Part shown: one piece after another, positions 24,247-33,700 of the stretch | How the letters are laid out: every line of letters begins with the position of its first letter | Position numbering within the stretch: position 1 is the first letter of the stretch | DNA from: Mycobacteriales bacterium | GTDB taxonomy: Bacteria > Actinomycetota > Actinomycetes > Mycobacteriales > JACQDL01 | Length of the DNA: 64,000 nt | Assembly: GCA_035476575.1 (NCBI GenBank) | Contig: DATILL010000150.1 | Coordinates: forward strand, 5,139 to 69,138 | Direction of reading: 5' to 3' | Notes under the pieces: generated by a model | The model's database searches: none | The model's input: the letters and a program-made list of their open reading frames with translations, nothing else | What the model was told of the DNA's origin: nothing | Made by a program: the position numbers and the translations under genes

Positions 24247-24480
24247 ATGCAACCACTACAAATAATCTTTGCCGGGCTCGCCGTGCTGGCTTTCGTCGCT
24301 TTGGCCGGCTTCTTGGTTGCCCGGATGAGTCGGGTGGGTCCAGGATACATCGCCACGATCTTGATCGCTCTGGCGATCTTCTTCAAGGTGCTACCGGCTG
24401 TGCTCAACGAACTGCGGGTCGATAACTTGGCTGGAACAACCCAAATCATCTCAGAGCCTCCGCTCCCGGCGTGGCAATGA
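24247..24480 (+). CDS. small two-helix membrane protein (hypothetical)
   Basis: GGGAGG 7 nt upstream of ATG 24247. 77 aa: MQPLQIIFAGLAVLAFVALAGFLVARMSRVGPGYIATILIALAIFFKVLPAVL.. AT-richer codons than the flanks. Confidence 0.5.
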   Translation: MQPLQIIFAGLAVLAFVALAGFLVARMSRVGPGYIATILIALAIFFKVLPAVLNELRVDNLAGTTQIISEPPLPAWQ

Positions 24481-24658
24481 ACGGGTCGTCACCGGGTACG
24501 AGCCAGCCGCAACGGGCTCGCTCGTACCCGCCGCGGCCTGCGACCAAACTGACCAATGGCGCTGGAAGACGAGCCGGGGAATTCTTCGGCTCCTTTCTCA
24601 GAGCTCGCGCTGGGCACTCATCGAGCGGTCCAACCTGAGGTACTATCGCTGTCGAGAA

Positions 24659-25216
24659 GTGATTCCGCAGGCTGGCGACTCCGGGATCGGTTTCATTGTG
24701 TCCGGATGGGCGAAGAGCACGGTTGCCGCGGTGCAGCCCAGGGGGATGCTGGTTGATGTCCATGGCCCGGGCGACCTCGTTTGCGAAGTCACCGGTGGAC
24801 GCCAGGAGACCGCTGTTTTATCTTCTCGTGGAGTCGGTCTGACAGTCACGGCCGGGTATGACATGACCACAGTAGGGTGGATCGACCCCAGGCTGGTGGA
24901 GAGGCTTGTCAAGGACAACACGAACGACTCGCTGATCCTCCAGGTGTCCTCAATGAAGGAGCTACGTAGGAAAGAGATCGTAGCGAGCGGCTATCGGCTT
25001 CTTGAGATCCTCCAGCCGCAAGGTCTGCTCGAACGCGCGAAGTCTGCCTGGCGCCCACCGGCGGGCCTCCTGCTCCCCGTCCAGACCTGGTCCGACTTCG
25101 AAGAGACTGCCAGCAAGGATGCCGAACGACCGGTCCGCGCAGCGCCATCTCCTCGCAGAAAGGAATCTGTCCGGCGTGTGGAAATACCTCGGATGCGCAG
25201 AAATACAATGGACTAG
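24659..25216 (+). CDS. orphan protein with weak cNMP-binding/Crp-like similarity, possibly 5'-truncated
   Basis: 185-aa track ORF from GTG 24659: VIPQAGDSGIGFIVSGWAKSTV..GPGDLVCEV. The same frame stays open upstream (..ILRLLSQSSRWALIERSNLRYYRCRE) without any ATG/GTG/TTG. Confidence 0.35.
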   Translation: MIPQAGDSGIGFIVSGWAKSTVAAVQPRGMLVDVHGPGDLVCEVTGGRQETAVLSSRGVGLTVTAGYDMTTVGWIDPRLVERLVKDNTNDSLILQVSSMKELRRKEIVASGYRLLEILQPQGLLERAKSAWRPPAGLLLPVQTWSDFEETASKDAERPVRAAPSPRRKESVRRVEIPRMRRNTMD

Positions 25217-25457
25217 TGCACCAGCACAGATGCTGTCAGCCGCCCTGGGCGACCCGGCCCGTCCAGCCAAGCCACCGGACGCACGCGCCTTCGGTCGCCT
25301 GCATCGGAGTCGACGCGCTGATCGTTCGGTGCTGACGGGGGACCCTGACAGGGGAACAATGGGTCGCGGGCGCAGGGTTGTGCTCCAGGACCCCCGTTGT
25401 CGTCGCTGAGTGTGTCCCAGGCCCGTGTCCGAGGCCCGTCTCCCGAGGAGTAGCACC

Positions 25458-26636
25458 GTGTCCCTGCCGCCGTTGGTCGAGCCGGCCGCTGAGCTAACCG
25501 CCGCCGAGGTACGCCGATACAGCCGCCACCTGATCATCCCCGAGGTAGCGATGGACGGGCAGAAGCGGCTGAAGAACGCCAAGGTGCTCGCCGTCGGCGC
25601 CGGTGGGCTCGGCTCGCCCACCCTGATGTATCTGGCTGCGGCCGGGGTCGGCACCCTCGGCATCATCGACTTCGACGTCGTCGACGAGTCCAACCTGCAG
25701 CGCCAGGTCATCCACGGCCAGTCCGACGTCGGCCGGCCCAAGGCCGAGTCGGCGCGCGACTCGATCCGGGAGATCAACCCGCTGGTCGCCGTCCGGCTGC
25801 ACGCCGTCCGGCTGGACTCCTCCAACGCGCTGGAGATCTTCGCCGAGTACGACCTGATCGTGGACGGCACCGACAACTTCGCCACCCGGTACCTGGTGAA
25901 CGACGCCTGCGTGCTGCTCGGCAAGCCGTACGTCTGGGGCTCGATCTACCGCTTCGACGGGCAGGCGTCAGTGTTCTGGGCCGAGCACGGGCCGTGCTAT
26001 CGGTGCTTGTACCCGGAGCCGCCGCCGCCCGGCATGGTGCCCTCCTGCGCCGAGGGCGGCGTGCTCGGCGTGCTGTGTGCCTCGATCGGGTCCATCCAGG
26101 TCAACGAGGCGATCAAGGTGCTGACCGGCATCGGCCAGCCGCTGGTCGGCCGGCTGGTGGTCTACGACGCCCTGGAGATGAGCCACCGCACGATCCGGGT
26201 GCAGAAGGACCCGGAGTGCCCGCTGTGCGGCAAGAACCCGTCCATCACCGGGCTGATCGACTACGAGGCGTTCTGCGGCACCGTGTCGGAGGCGGCCGCC
26301 GAGGCGGCGAAGGGCTCGACCATCACCGCTGCCGAGCTCAGGCAGTGGCTGGACGACGGCCGGAAGATCGAGCTGGTCGACGTGCGCGAGCCGGCGGAGT
26401 ACGAGATCGTCCGGATCCCCGGCTCGGTGCTGGTGCCGAAGGGTGAGATCGTGTCCGGCGCGGCGCTGGCCACGCTGCCGCAGGACCGGCAGGTGGTCCT
26501 GTACTGCAAGTCCGGCGTGCGCTCGGCCGAGGCGCTTGCGGTGCTCAAGCAGGCTGGCTTCAGCGACGCGGTGCATGTGCAGGGTGGGGTCACCGCCTGG
26601 GCCACCCAGGTCGACCGGACCCTGCCGACGTACTGA
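25458..26636 (+). CDS. moeZ: MoeZ/MoeB-type adenylyltransferase-sulfurtransferase (E1-like + rhodanese)
   Basis: 392 aa from GTG 25458 (GAGGAG 8 nt upstream): RYSRHLIIPEV..VLAVGAGGLGSP..CYRCLYPEPPPP..CPLCG. C-terminal rhodanese domain (VLYCKSGVRS). Confidence 0.9.
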   Translation: MSLPPLVEPAAELTAAEVRRYSRHLIIPEVAMDGQKRLKNAKVLAVGAGGLGSPTLMYLAAAGVGTLGIIDFDVVDESNLQRQVIHGQSDVGRPKAESARDSIREINPLVAVRLHAVRLDSSNALEIFAEYDLIVDGTDNFATRYLVNDACVLLGKPYVWGSIYRFDGQASVFWAEHGPCYRCLYPEPPPPGMVPSCAEGGVLGVLCASIGSIQVNEAIKVLTGIGQPLVGRLVVYDALEMSHRTIRVQKDPECPLCGKNPSITGLIDYEAFCGTVSEAAAEAAKGSTITAAELRQWLDDGRKIELVDVREPAEYEIVRIPGSVLVPKGEIVSGAALATLPQDRQVVLYCKSGVRSAEALAVLKQAGFSDAVHVQGGVTAWATQVDRTLPTY

Positions 26637-26649
26637 CGCCGCCGACGTC

Positions 26650-26982
26650 GTGGCCGGAGCGTCGTTCGCCGAGCGGGTGCTTGCCGTGGTGGAGCGGATC
26701 CCCGCCGGGTGGGTGATGTCGTACGGCGATGTCGCGGAGCTTCTCGGCTCGCGGGCGCCGCGCATGGTCGGCCAGGTGATGGCCCGGCAGGGTGGCGGCG
26801 TGCCGTGGCATCGGGTCTTGCGGTCGGACGGCACGCCCGCGCCCGGCCTTGCGGACCGACAGCTTGCCTTGTTGGCCGCCGAGGGGGTGCCGATCGTCGG
26901 CGGGCGGGTGGACATGCGGCTGGCCCGGTACTCTCCCGACTTGTCACAGGAAGGTCACCGCGAACTGGAGCCAGGCTGGTGA
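26650..26982 (+). CDS. MGMT-family DNA-binding domain protein (alkyltransferase-like)
   Basis: 110 aa from GTG 26650: FAERVLAVVERIPAGWVMSYGDVAELLG..VPWHRVLRSDG. Confidence 0.75.
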   Translation: MAGASFAERVLAVVERIPAGWVMSYGDVAELLGSRAPRMVGQVMARQGGGVPWHRVLRSDGTPAPGLADRQLALLAAEGVPIVGGRVDMRLARYSPDLSQEGHRELEPGW

Positions 26983-27020
26983 CCTTTGCTCGACAGGTGC
27001 GCGCCCGGCCCACTTCCCAT

Positions 27021-27098
27021 GTGGTCACCTCTCGGCGTTGTGGTGACCTGTTGTTGTCTGCGGCGCTCGTGTGGTGACCTCTCGGCGTTGTGGTGACC
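27021..27098 (+). repeat. dispersed hairpin repeat family, locus A: two 28-nt units at 50-bp period
   Basis: GTGGTCACCTCTCGGCGTTGTGGTGACC (27021-27048) and GTGGTGACCTCTCGGCGTTGTGGTGACC (27071-27098). A looser GGTCACC-N18-GGTGACC pair at 26953-26984 spans the MGMT-like stop codon. Confidence 0.9.
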
Positions 27099-27482
27099 TC
27101 TTGGGGGTGGATGCCGGCGTCGGGCTTTCCTTACGGCCGGGTCGCCTGTCGCTGCGGTTCGCCTGCGACGTCCGTGTCATCTGCCCTGCGGGAGCGAAAG
27201 CCAGGCCCTCGCCCGCGGCACCTGGCTCTTACGTCGCCCGCACCGCGCTCAACCTCCTGGGTATGCATAACCGACGACGGACGTCCCCGAGCTCCTGGCA
27301 CCGCGATCAATCGACCCGCAGCGCAATCGGCGGACGATCGTGGCCAGCGGCGGACACGCTGACCTGCGACCGATTCACGGCGACCACGGTTAGTCATTCA
27401 CTGATCGCGCTCCGAGCAGACTACAGCCGGGTATCGGCGCGGGTCCCCGAGCCGGTGGGGCCGGCATGGTGTCCTGTCCGCC

Positions 27483-30400
27483 GTGACGGGAGCCCGGACC
27501 AGCTCCGCGGCCGGGTCCACGCCCTATCGGCTGGTCCGCGCGCGGGCCCGGCCGCACCGCCCACCGGTCCTCGACCCGGCCCAGCAGGCGGTGCTCGCCC
27601 ATCCCGGCGGCCCCCTGCTGGTGCTGGCCGGGCCTGGCACCGGCAAGACCACCACCCTTGTGGAGACCGTCGTGGCCAGGATCGAGGCCGGCGTCGACCC
27701 CGAGCACGTGCTGGTCCTCACCTTCAGCCGCAAGGCCGCCGCCGAGCTGCGCGACCGCATCACCATCCGGCTCGGCCGGACCACCCGCGAGCCGCTGGCC
27801 CGCACCGTCCACTCCTACGCCTTCGGTGTGCTACGCCGGCAGGCCGGGCCGCTGGAGCCTCCCCGGCTGCTCACCGGGCCCGAGCAGGACATGGTGATCC
27901 GCGAGCTGCTGGCCGGCGACGTCGAGACCGGCGCCGCGTACTGGCCGGTCGACCTCCGCCCCGCCCTGCTGACCCGCGGGTTCGCCGAGGAGCTGCGCGA
28001 CCTGCTCGCCCGGGCCACCGAGCGCGGCATCGGCCCGATCGAGCTGGCCCGCTACGGCGCCGAGCAGCGCCGCCCCGACTGGATCGCCGCGGCCCGGTTC
28101 TTCCGCCAGTACCTCCAGGTCACCGCGCTGGCCGACCGCACCGCCTACGACCCGGCCGAGCTGATCGACGCCGCGCTGGACGTCTTCGCCGACGACCGCG
28201 CCGCGCTGGCCCGGGAGCGGGCTGCGCGCCGCCGCATCTACGTCGACGAGTACCAGGACGTCGACCCGGCCCAGGAAGCCCTCCTGCGCACCATCGCCAC
28301 CGGCGCGGACGAGCTGATCGTCGTCGGCGACCCGGACCAGTCCATCTACGGCTTCCGCGGCTCCGACCCCGGCTGCCTGCGCCGGTTCCCCGAACGGTTC
28401 GCCCCGCGCGACGGGCGCCCGGTCCCGGTGCTCGCCCTGGACGTCTCCCGCCGCGCCGGCCGCGACCTGCTGGCCGCGTCCCGCCGGATCGCCACCCGGC
28501 TCCCGGCCGGCCCGCCCGGCGCCCGGCACCGCGAGCTCGCCCCGGCCCGCGGCCGGCCCGGCGGCAGCATCGACGTACGCCTCTTCCGCACCCCCAGCGA
28601 GGAGGCCGCGTACGTCGCACACCGGCTCCGGGTCGCGCACCTGATGCGCGGCGTCCCCTGGCGCGAGATGGCAGTCCTGGTCCGGTCCACCACCCGCCAG
28701 CTCCCGATCCTGCGCCGCGCCCTCACCTCGGCCGGCGTACCGGTCGCCGTCACCGCCGACGATCTCCCGCTCATCGACACCACCGGCGCCGCCCCGCTGC
28801 TGCTCCTGCTCCGCTGCGCACTCCAGCCGGACGACGCCCTGGACGAGAACACCGCCATCGAGCTGCTGTCCGGGCCCCTCGGCGGGGCCGACACGCTCGC
28901 CCTGCGCCGGCTGCGCCAACACCTGCGCCAGCTCGAGATCGCGGCCGGCGGGCGGCGGCAGTCCGGCCCGCTGCTGGTCGAGGCGCTGCGCGAGCCGGAC
29001 ACCCTCACCGTGCTGCCCGAGCGGGTCGCCGACCCCGCGCTGCGCATCGTCCGGCTGCTCGCCGCCGCGCGCGAGGAGCACGCCGCCGGCGGCACCGCCG
29101 AGGACGTGCTGTGGGCGGTCTGGTCCGGCTCCGGGCTGGCCGAGACCTGGCACCGGGCCAGCCTGCGCGGCGGCCTGGCCGGCGCCACGGCCGACCGCGA
29201 CCTGGACTGCGTGGTCGCGCTGTTCGACGCTGCCGCGGCGTTCGTGGACCGGCTGCCCCGGGCCGGGCCGCTGGCCTTCCTCGACCACCTCGCCGGCCAG
29301 CAGATCCCTGGCGACACCCTGGCCGCGCACGCCCCCGTCGGCGACGCCGTCCGGATCTTGACCGCGCACGCCGCCAAGGGTCTTGAGTGGCAGGTGGTGT
29401 GCGTGGCCGGCGTACAGGAGGCGAGCTGGCCCGACCTGCGTCGCCGCGGCACGCTGCTTGGCTCCGAGGCGCTGGTCGAGCTGGTCGCCGGCTGGGGCCC
29501 GCCGCCAGGGAGCACGACGGCCCCGCCGTCGCCGGTCGCGCCGCTGCTCGCCGAGGAACGCCGGCTGTTCTACGTCGCGATCACCCGGGCCAGCCGCGAG
29601 CTGGTGGTCACCGCCGTCAGCGGCGAGGAGGAGCAGCCGTCCCGGTTCCTGGACGAGCTGGTTCCGCTGGTCCCGGCGCCTGGCATGCCCCACGACGCCG
29701 GCCGGCCCATCGACTCGGTGCCGCGCACCCTGGCGCTGCCCGCGCTGGTGGCCGAGCTGCGCGCCGTCGCCTGCGACCCGGCCGAGCCCGCCGTACGCCG
29801 TCGCGCCGCGGCCGGCGAGCTGGCCAAGCTGGCCGCCGCCGGTGTCCCCGGCGCGCACCCGGACCAGTGGTGGGGCCTGCCCGAGCTGTCCGACCCGAGG
29901 CCGCTGCGGGACCCGGGCGAGCCGGTGCCGGTCTCGCCGTCGCAGGTGGAGAAGTACGCAGACTGCCCGCTGCGCTGGCTGCTGGAGGCCTCCGGCGGCA
30001 CCGGCGGGCCGTCCGCCGCGCAGGGCCTCGGCACCCTGGTCCATGAGCTGGCCGCCCTGGCCGCCGACCCGGACCAGGCCACCGCTGAGGCGCTGCTGCC
30101 CCGGCTGGAGCAGGCCCTGGACGGCATGGACCTCGGCGGCCCGTTCGCCAGCCGGCGGGAGAAGGCCCGGGCCCGCCAGATGCTCGGCAAGTTCCTGGAG
30201 TGGCTGGCCGGCAGCCGGTCCCGCTGGCGGCTCGTCGGGGTGGAGCTCGCCTTCGAGGTGAAGGTCGGCGACCGGGCCCGGCTGACCGGCCGGGTGGACC
30301 GGCTGGAGCAGGACGGCGACGGCAGGCTGGTCGTCGTCGACCTGAAGACCGGCCGGACCGCCGTACGCAAGGATGACGTGCCCGCGCACCCGCAGCTCGG

Positions 30401-30695
30401 CTGCTACCAGCTTGCCGTCGCCGAGGGCGGCCTGACCGACGCCGACGGCAGGCCGGCCGAGCCCGGTGGCGCCGCTCTGGTCCAGCTCGGCGGTACGACG
30501 CACGGCCCCAAGCAGCAGGACCAGCCGGCGCTGGCCGAGACCGGCGACCCGGCATGGGCGGCCAAGCTGGTCATCGACGTGGCCGACGGAATGGCGGGCA
30601 CCGCCTTCCCCGGCGTGGAGAGCAGCGCCTGCCGGGTCTGCCCGGTACGGTCCTCCTGCCCGGTGCACGACGAGGGGCGGCAGGTGACGGAGTGA
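27483..30695 (+). CDS. adnA: helicase-nuclease AdnA-like subunit (UvrD-like + RecB-type nuclease)
   Basis: 1070 aa: LAGPGTGKTTTL, VDEYQDVDP, and a C-terminal nuclease with a Cys cluster (..ACRVCPVRSSCPV). Paired with the downstream subunit. Confidence 0.85.
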   Translation: MTGARTSSAAGSTPYRLVRARARPHRPPVLDPAQQAVLAHPGGPLLVLAGPGTGKTTTLVETVVARIEAGVDPEHVLVLTFSRKAAAELRDRITIRLGRTTREPLARTVHSYAFGVLRRQAGPLEPPRLLTGPEQDMVIRELLAGDVETGAAYWPVDLRPALLTRGFAEELRDLLARATERGIGPIELARYGAEQRRPDWIAAARFFRQYLQVTALADRTAYDPAELIDAALDVFADDRAALARERAARRRIYVDEYQDVDPAQEALLRTIATGADELIVVGDPDQSIYGFRGSDPGCLRRFPERFAPRDGRPVPVLALDVSRRAGRDLLAASRRIATRLPAGPPGARHRELAPARGRPGGSIDVRLFRTPSEEAAYVAHRLRVAHLMRGVPWREMAVLVRSTTRQLPILRRALTSAGVPVAVTADDLPLIDTTGAAPLLLLLRCALQPDDALDENTAIELLSGPLGGADTLALRRLRQHLRQLEIAAGGRRQSGPLLVEALREPDTLTVLPERVADPALRIVRLLAAAREEHAAGGTAEDVLWAVWSGSGLAETWHRASLRGGLAGATADRDLDCVVALFDAAAAFVDRLPRAGPLAFLDHLAGQQIPGDTLAAHAPVGDAVRILTAHAAKGLEWQVVCVAGVQEASWPDLRRRGTLLGSEALVELVAGWGPPPGSTTAPPSPVAPLLAEERRLFYVAITRASRELVVTAVSGEEEQPSRFLDELVPLVPAPGMPHDAGRPIDSVPRTLALPALVAELRAVACDPAEPAVRRRAAAGELAKLAAAGVPGAHPDQWWGLPELSDPRPLRDPGEPVPVSPSQVEKYADCPLRWLLEASGGTGGPSAAQGLGTLVHELAALAADPDQATAEALLPRLEQALDGMDLGGPFASRREKARARQMLGKFLEWLAGSRSRWRLVGVELAFEVKVGDRARLTGRVDRLEQDGDGRLVVVDLKTGRTAVRKDDVPAHPQLGCYQLAVAEGGLTDADGRPAEPGGAALVQLGGTTHGPKQQDQPALAETGDPAWAAKLVIDVADGMAGTAFPGVESSACRVCPVRSSCPVHDEGRQVTE

Positions 30696-30733
30696 CCCAG
30701 CGAGGCGAGGTGGTCGGATGACCGCTGAGTCCG

Positions 30734-33700
30734 ATGACCGTTGAGCTGGTACGCGACGCGACCTTCCCCCACCCGCCGCTGATCGGTCCGGCCGAGCTGG
30801 CGGCGGCCCTGGGCCTGCACCCGCCCACCGCGGAGCAGGAGGCGGTGATCGCGGCCCCGCTGGCCCCCGCCGTGGTGGTGGCCGGGGCCGGCTCCGGCAA
30901 GACCGAGACCATGTCGGCTCGGGTGGTCTGGCTGGTCGCGAACGGTTATGTGCGCCCGGACGAGGTGCTCGGCCTGACCTTCACCAACAAGGCCGCCGCC
31001 GAGCTGGCCGGCCGGATCCGGATCCGGCTGGCCCAGCTTGCCCGCAACGGCCTGAGCACCGACACGGACGGCGAGCCGACCGTGCTCACCTATCACGCCT
31101 ACGCCGGCCGGCTGGCCGCCGAGCATGCGCTCCGGCTGGCCGTGGAGCCGACCTCCCGGCTGCTCACCGGGGCGCTGAGCTGGCAGCTCGCCGCCCGGGT
31201 CGTCCGGCGGTACGACGGCGAGCTGCCGAGCCTTGACGTCGCCGAGTCCACCGTGCTCGGCTACCTCCTGGACCTGGCCGGTGAGCTGGCCGAGCACCTG
31301 GTCGGCGAGGCCGACCTGCGGGCCTGGACGGCGGCGTTCCGGGACCGGGTCGAGGGGCTGCCGGCTGGCCCGCGGTACAAGCAGCCGAGCGCCAAGATGC
31401 GCGCCATCCTCGCGGCGGCGGACGCCCGGTGCGAGCTGCTGCCGCTGGTCGCGGCGTACCAGCGGGCCAAGCGGGAGGCGACCGCGATGGACTTCGGCGA
31501 CCAGATGTCGCTGGCCGCCCGGATCGCCGTCGGCTTCGGGGAGGTCGGCCGGGCCGAGCGGGCGCGCTACCGGGCCGTGCTGCTGGACGAGTTTCAGGAC
31601 ACCGGGCACTCCCAGCTCGTGTTGCTGCGGGCGCTGTTCGGCGGCGCCGTTGATGGCTGCAGCCATCCGGTTACGGCGGTCGGCGACCCGTGCCAGTCGA
31701 TCTACGGTTGGCGCGGCGCCAGCGCCGGCAACCTGACCCGCTTCCCGGCGCACTTCCCAGCCTCCGACGGCGCCCCGGCGGCGGTGCTGCCGCTGTCCAC
31801 CAGCTTCCGCAACGACCGGCGCATCCTGGCCGCGGCCAACCTGCTCTCCACCGAGCTGCGGGCCGCTGGGTTGGGAAGTGCTGGGTCGGGGGCCGCTAGG
31901 TCGGGGGGGGCTGGGTCGGGGGGCGCGGGGCGGGCCGGAGAGCAACGCGCCGAGGTCGGCGTCCTCACCCCCGGCCCGGCGGCGGGGGACGGGCGGGTGC
32001 GGGCCGCGCTGCTGCCGACCGTCGCCGACGAGGCGGCGTGGCTGGCCGACCGGATCGCGGCGTTGTGGACGGCGGACGCACCGCGGCGGGCCCGGCCGTA
32101 CGCCGGCCGCGGCGGGTCCAGCGGCAGCCCCGCTGGCGGACGCGGTGGTGAGCCCAGCGGCGGACGCAGCATCGCAGTGCTGTGCCGGCGGCGCAGCCAG
32201 TTCCAGCGGGTGGCGGCGGAGCTGCGGGCACGGGGTGTGCCGGTGGAGCTGGTCGGCCTGGGCGGGCTGCTCGCCACCCCGGAGGTGCGCGACGTGGTGA
32301 GCACGCTGCGGGTGCTGTCCGACCCGTCGGCGGGCGACGCGGTGGTCCGGCTGCTGACCGGGGCACGCTGGCGGCTCGGCCCGCGTGACCTGGCCGCGCT
32401 CGGCCGGCGGGCCCGCGAGCTGGCCCACGCCCGCCCGGGCCATCCCGCTGGCCCGGGTAGTACGGCCGGGACGCCGGAGCCCGACGTACGCCCGGCGCCC
32501 GACGTGGCTGACGACGCCAGCCTGGTTGAGGCGCTGGACGACCCCGGCCCGGCGGCCAGCTACTCCCCGGCCGGGCATCGGCGGCTCCTGGCGCTGCGCC
32601 GGGAGCTGGCCGGGCTGCGGCGGCGGGTCGGCCAGCCGCTGCCGGAGCTGGTCGCGGAGGTGGAGCGTGCGCTGCTGCTCGATATCGAGGTCGGCATCCG
32701 GGGCAGCGCCGGCCGGGTGCACCTCGACCGGTTCCTCGACGTGGCCGCCCGGTTCGCGGAGGACGCCGAGGTGGCCACCCTGGGCGCGTTCCTCGGTTAC
32801 CTGGAGGCGGCCGAGTCCACCGAGCGCGGCCTGGAGGCCGGCGTCGTCGAGGTGAACGCCGACCGGGTGCAGGTGCTGACCGTGCACGCGGCCAAGGGGC
32901 TGGAGTGGGACGTCGTGGCGGTGCCCGGCCTGACCCTCGGGGTCTTCCCGGACCGGGACGCGGTGACCGGCTCGGGCTGGGCCGCCGACCCGGCGGCACT
33001 GCCGTACCCGCTGCGCGGCGACGCCGACGACCTGCCCGACCTCGATCCGGCGGCGGCCGACGACCAGGCCGAGCTGGAACAGCTCCGGGTCGACTTCGTG
33101 CGGGCCTGCAAGGACCGCGGCGAACGGGAGGAACGCCGGCTGGCCTACGTCGCGGTGACCCGGGCGAGGCGGCTGCTGCTCTGCTCCGGCTACTGGTGGG
33201 ACGACGCGACGAAGCCACGCGGCCCGTCGCCGTTCCTCACCGAGCTGCGGCCCGTCGCCGAGGTGGACACCTGGGCCGACCCGCCCGGCCCGGAGGAGAC
33301 CAACCCGCTGCTCGTCGTGCGCCGGGAGGCGCCGTGGCCGTACGACCCGCTGGGCGGCCGGCGTGCCGACGTGGATGTCGGCGCCGAGCTGGTCAGGGCC
33401 GCGCTCGCCGGGTTGGCCGAGGCTGGCGCGGGCCGTCCGGCGCCGGTCGAGGCTGCTGAGCCGACGTTGGCGCCGGCGCCGGCACCGGCACCGGCACCGG
33501 ACGACGGCGCGCTGCTCGCCCGGGAGGAGGTGACCGCCGCGGGCTGGCGGCGCGAGGCCGACCTGCTGCTGGCCGAGCGAGCCGCCCGGGTAGCGACCGG
33601 GGGCCGGGTCGACGTACCGCTGCCCGCGCACCTGTCGGTCTCGGCGCTGGTGGCGCTGGCCGCGGACGCCGCCGAGCTGGCCCGGCGGATCCGCCGGCCG

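Noticed and set aside
27021-27098. The 28-nt repeats with 22-nt gaps look superficially like a mini CRISPR array. The same applies at 34262-34339, 49528-49657 and 61632-61761.
   Set aside because: There are only 2-3 units per locus. The spacers are too short and are themselves conserved between loci. Units occur in both orientations within a locus. No cas genes are nearby. This is a REP/BIME-like tandem module, not CRISPR.
27071-29386. Track ORFs starting inside the repeat units (MVTSRRCGDLL.., MVTSAPCGDLL.. at 49578, MVTYRRCGDLSFP at 61520-61761).
   Set aside because: The shared N-termini are just translations of the GTGGTGACC repeat. The remainder is out of frame with the real genes.
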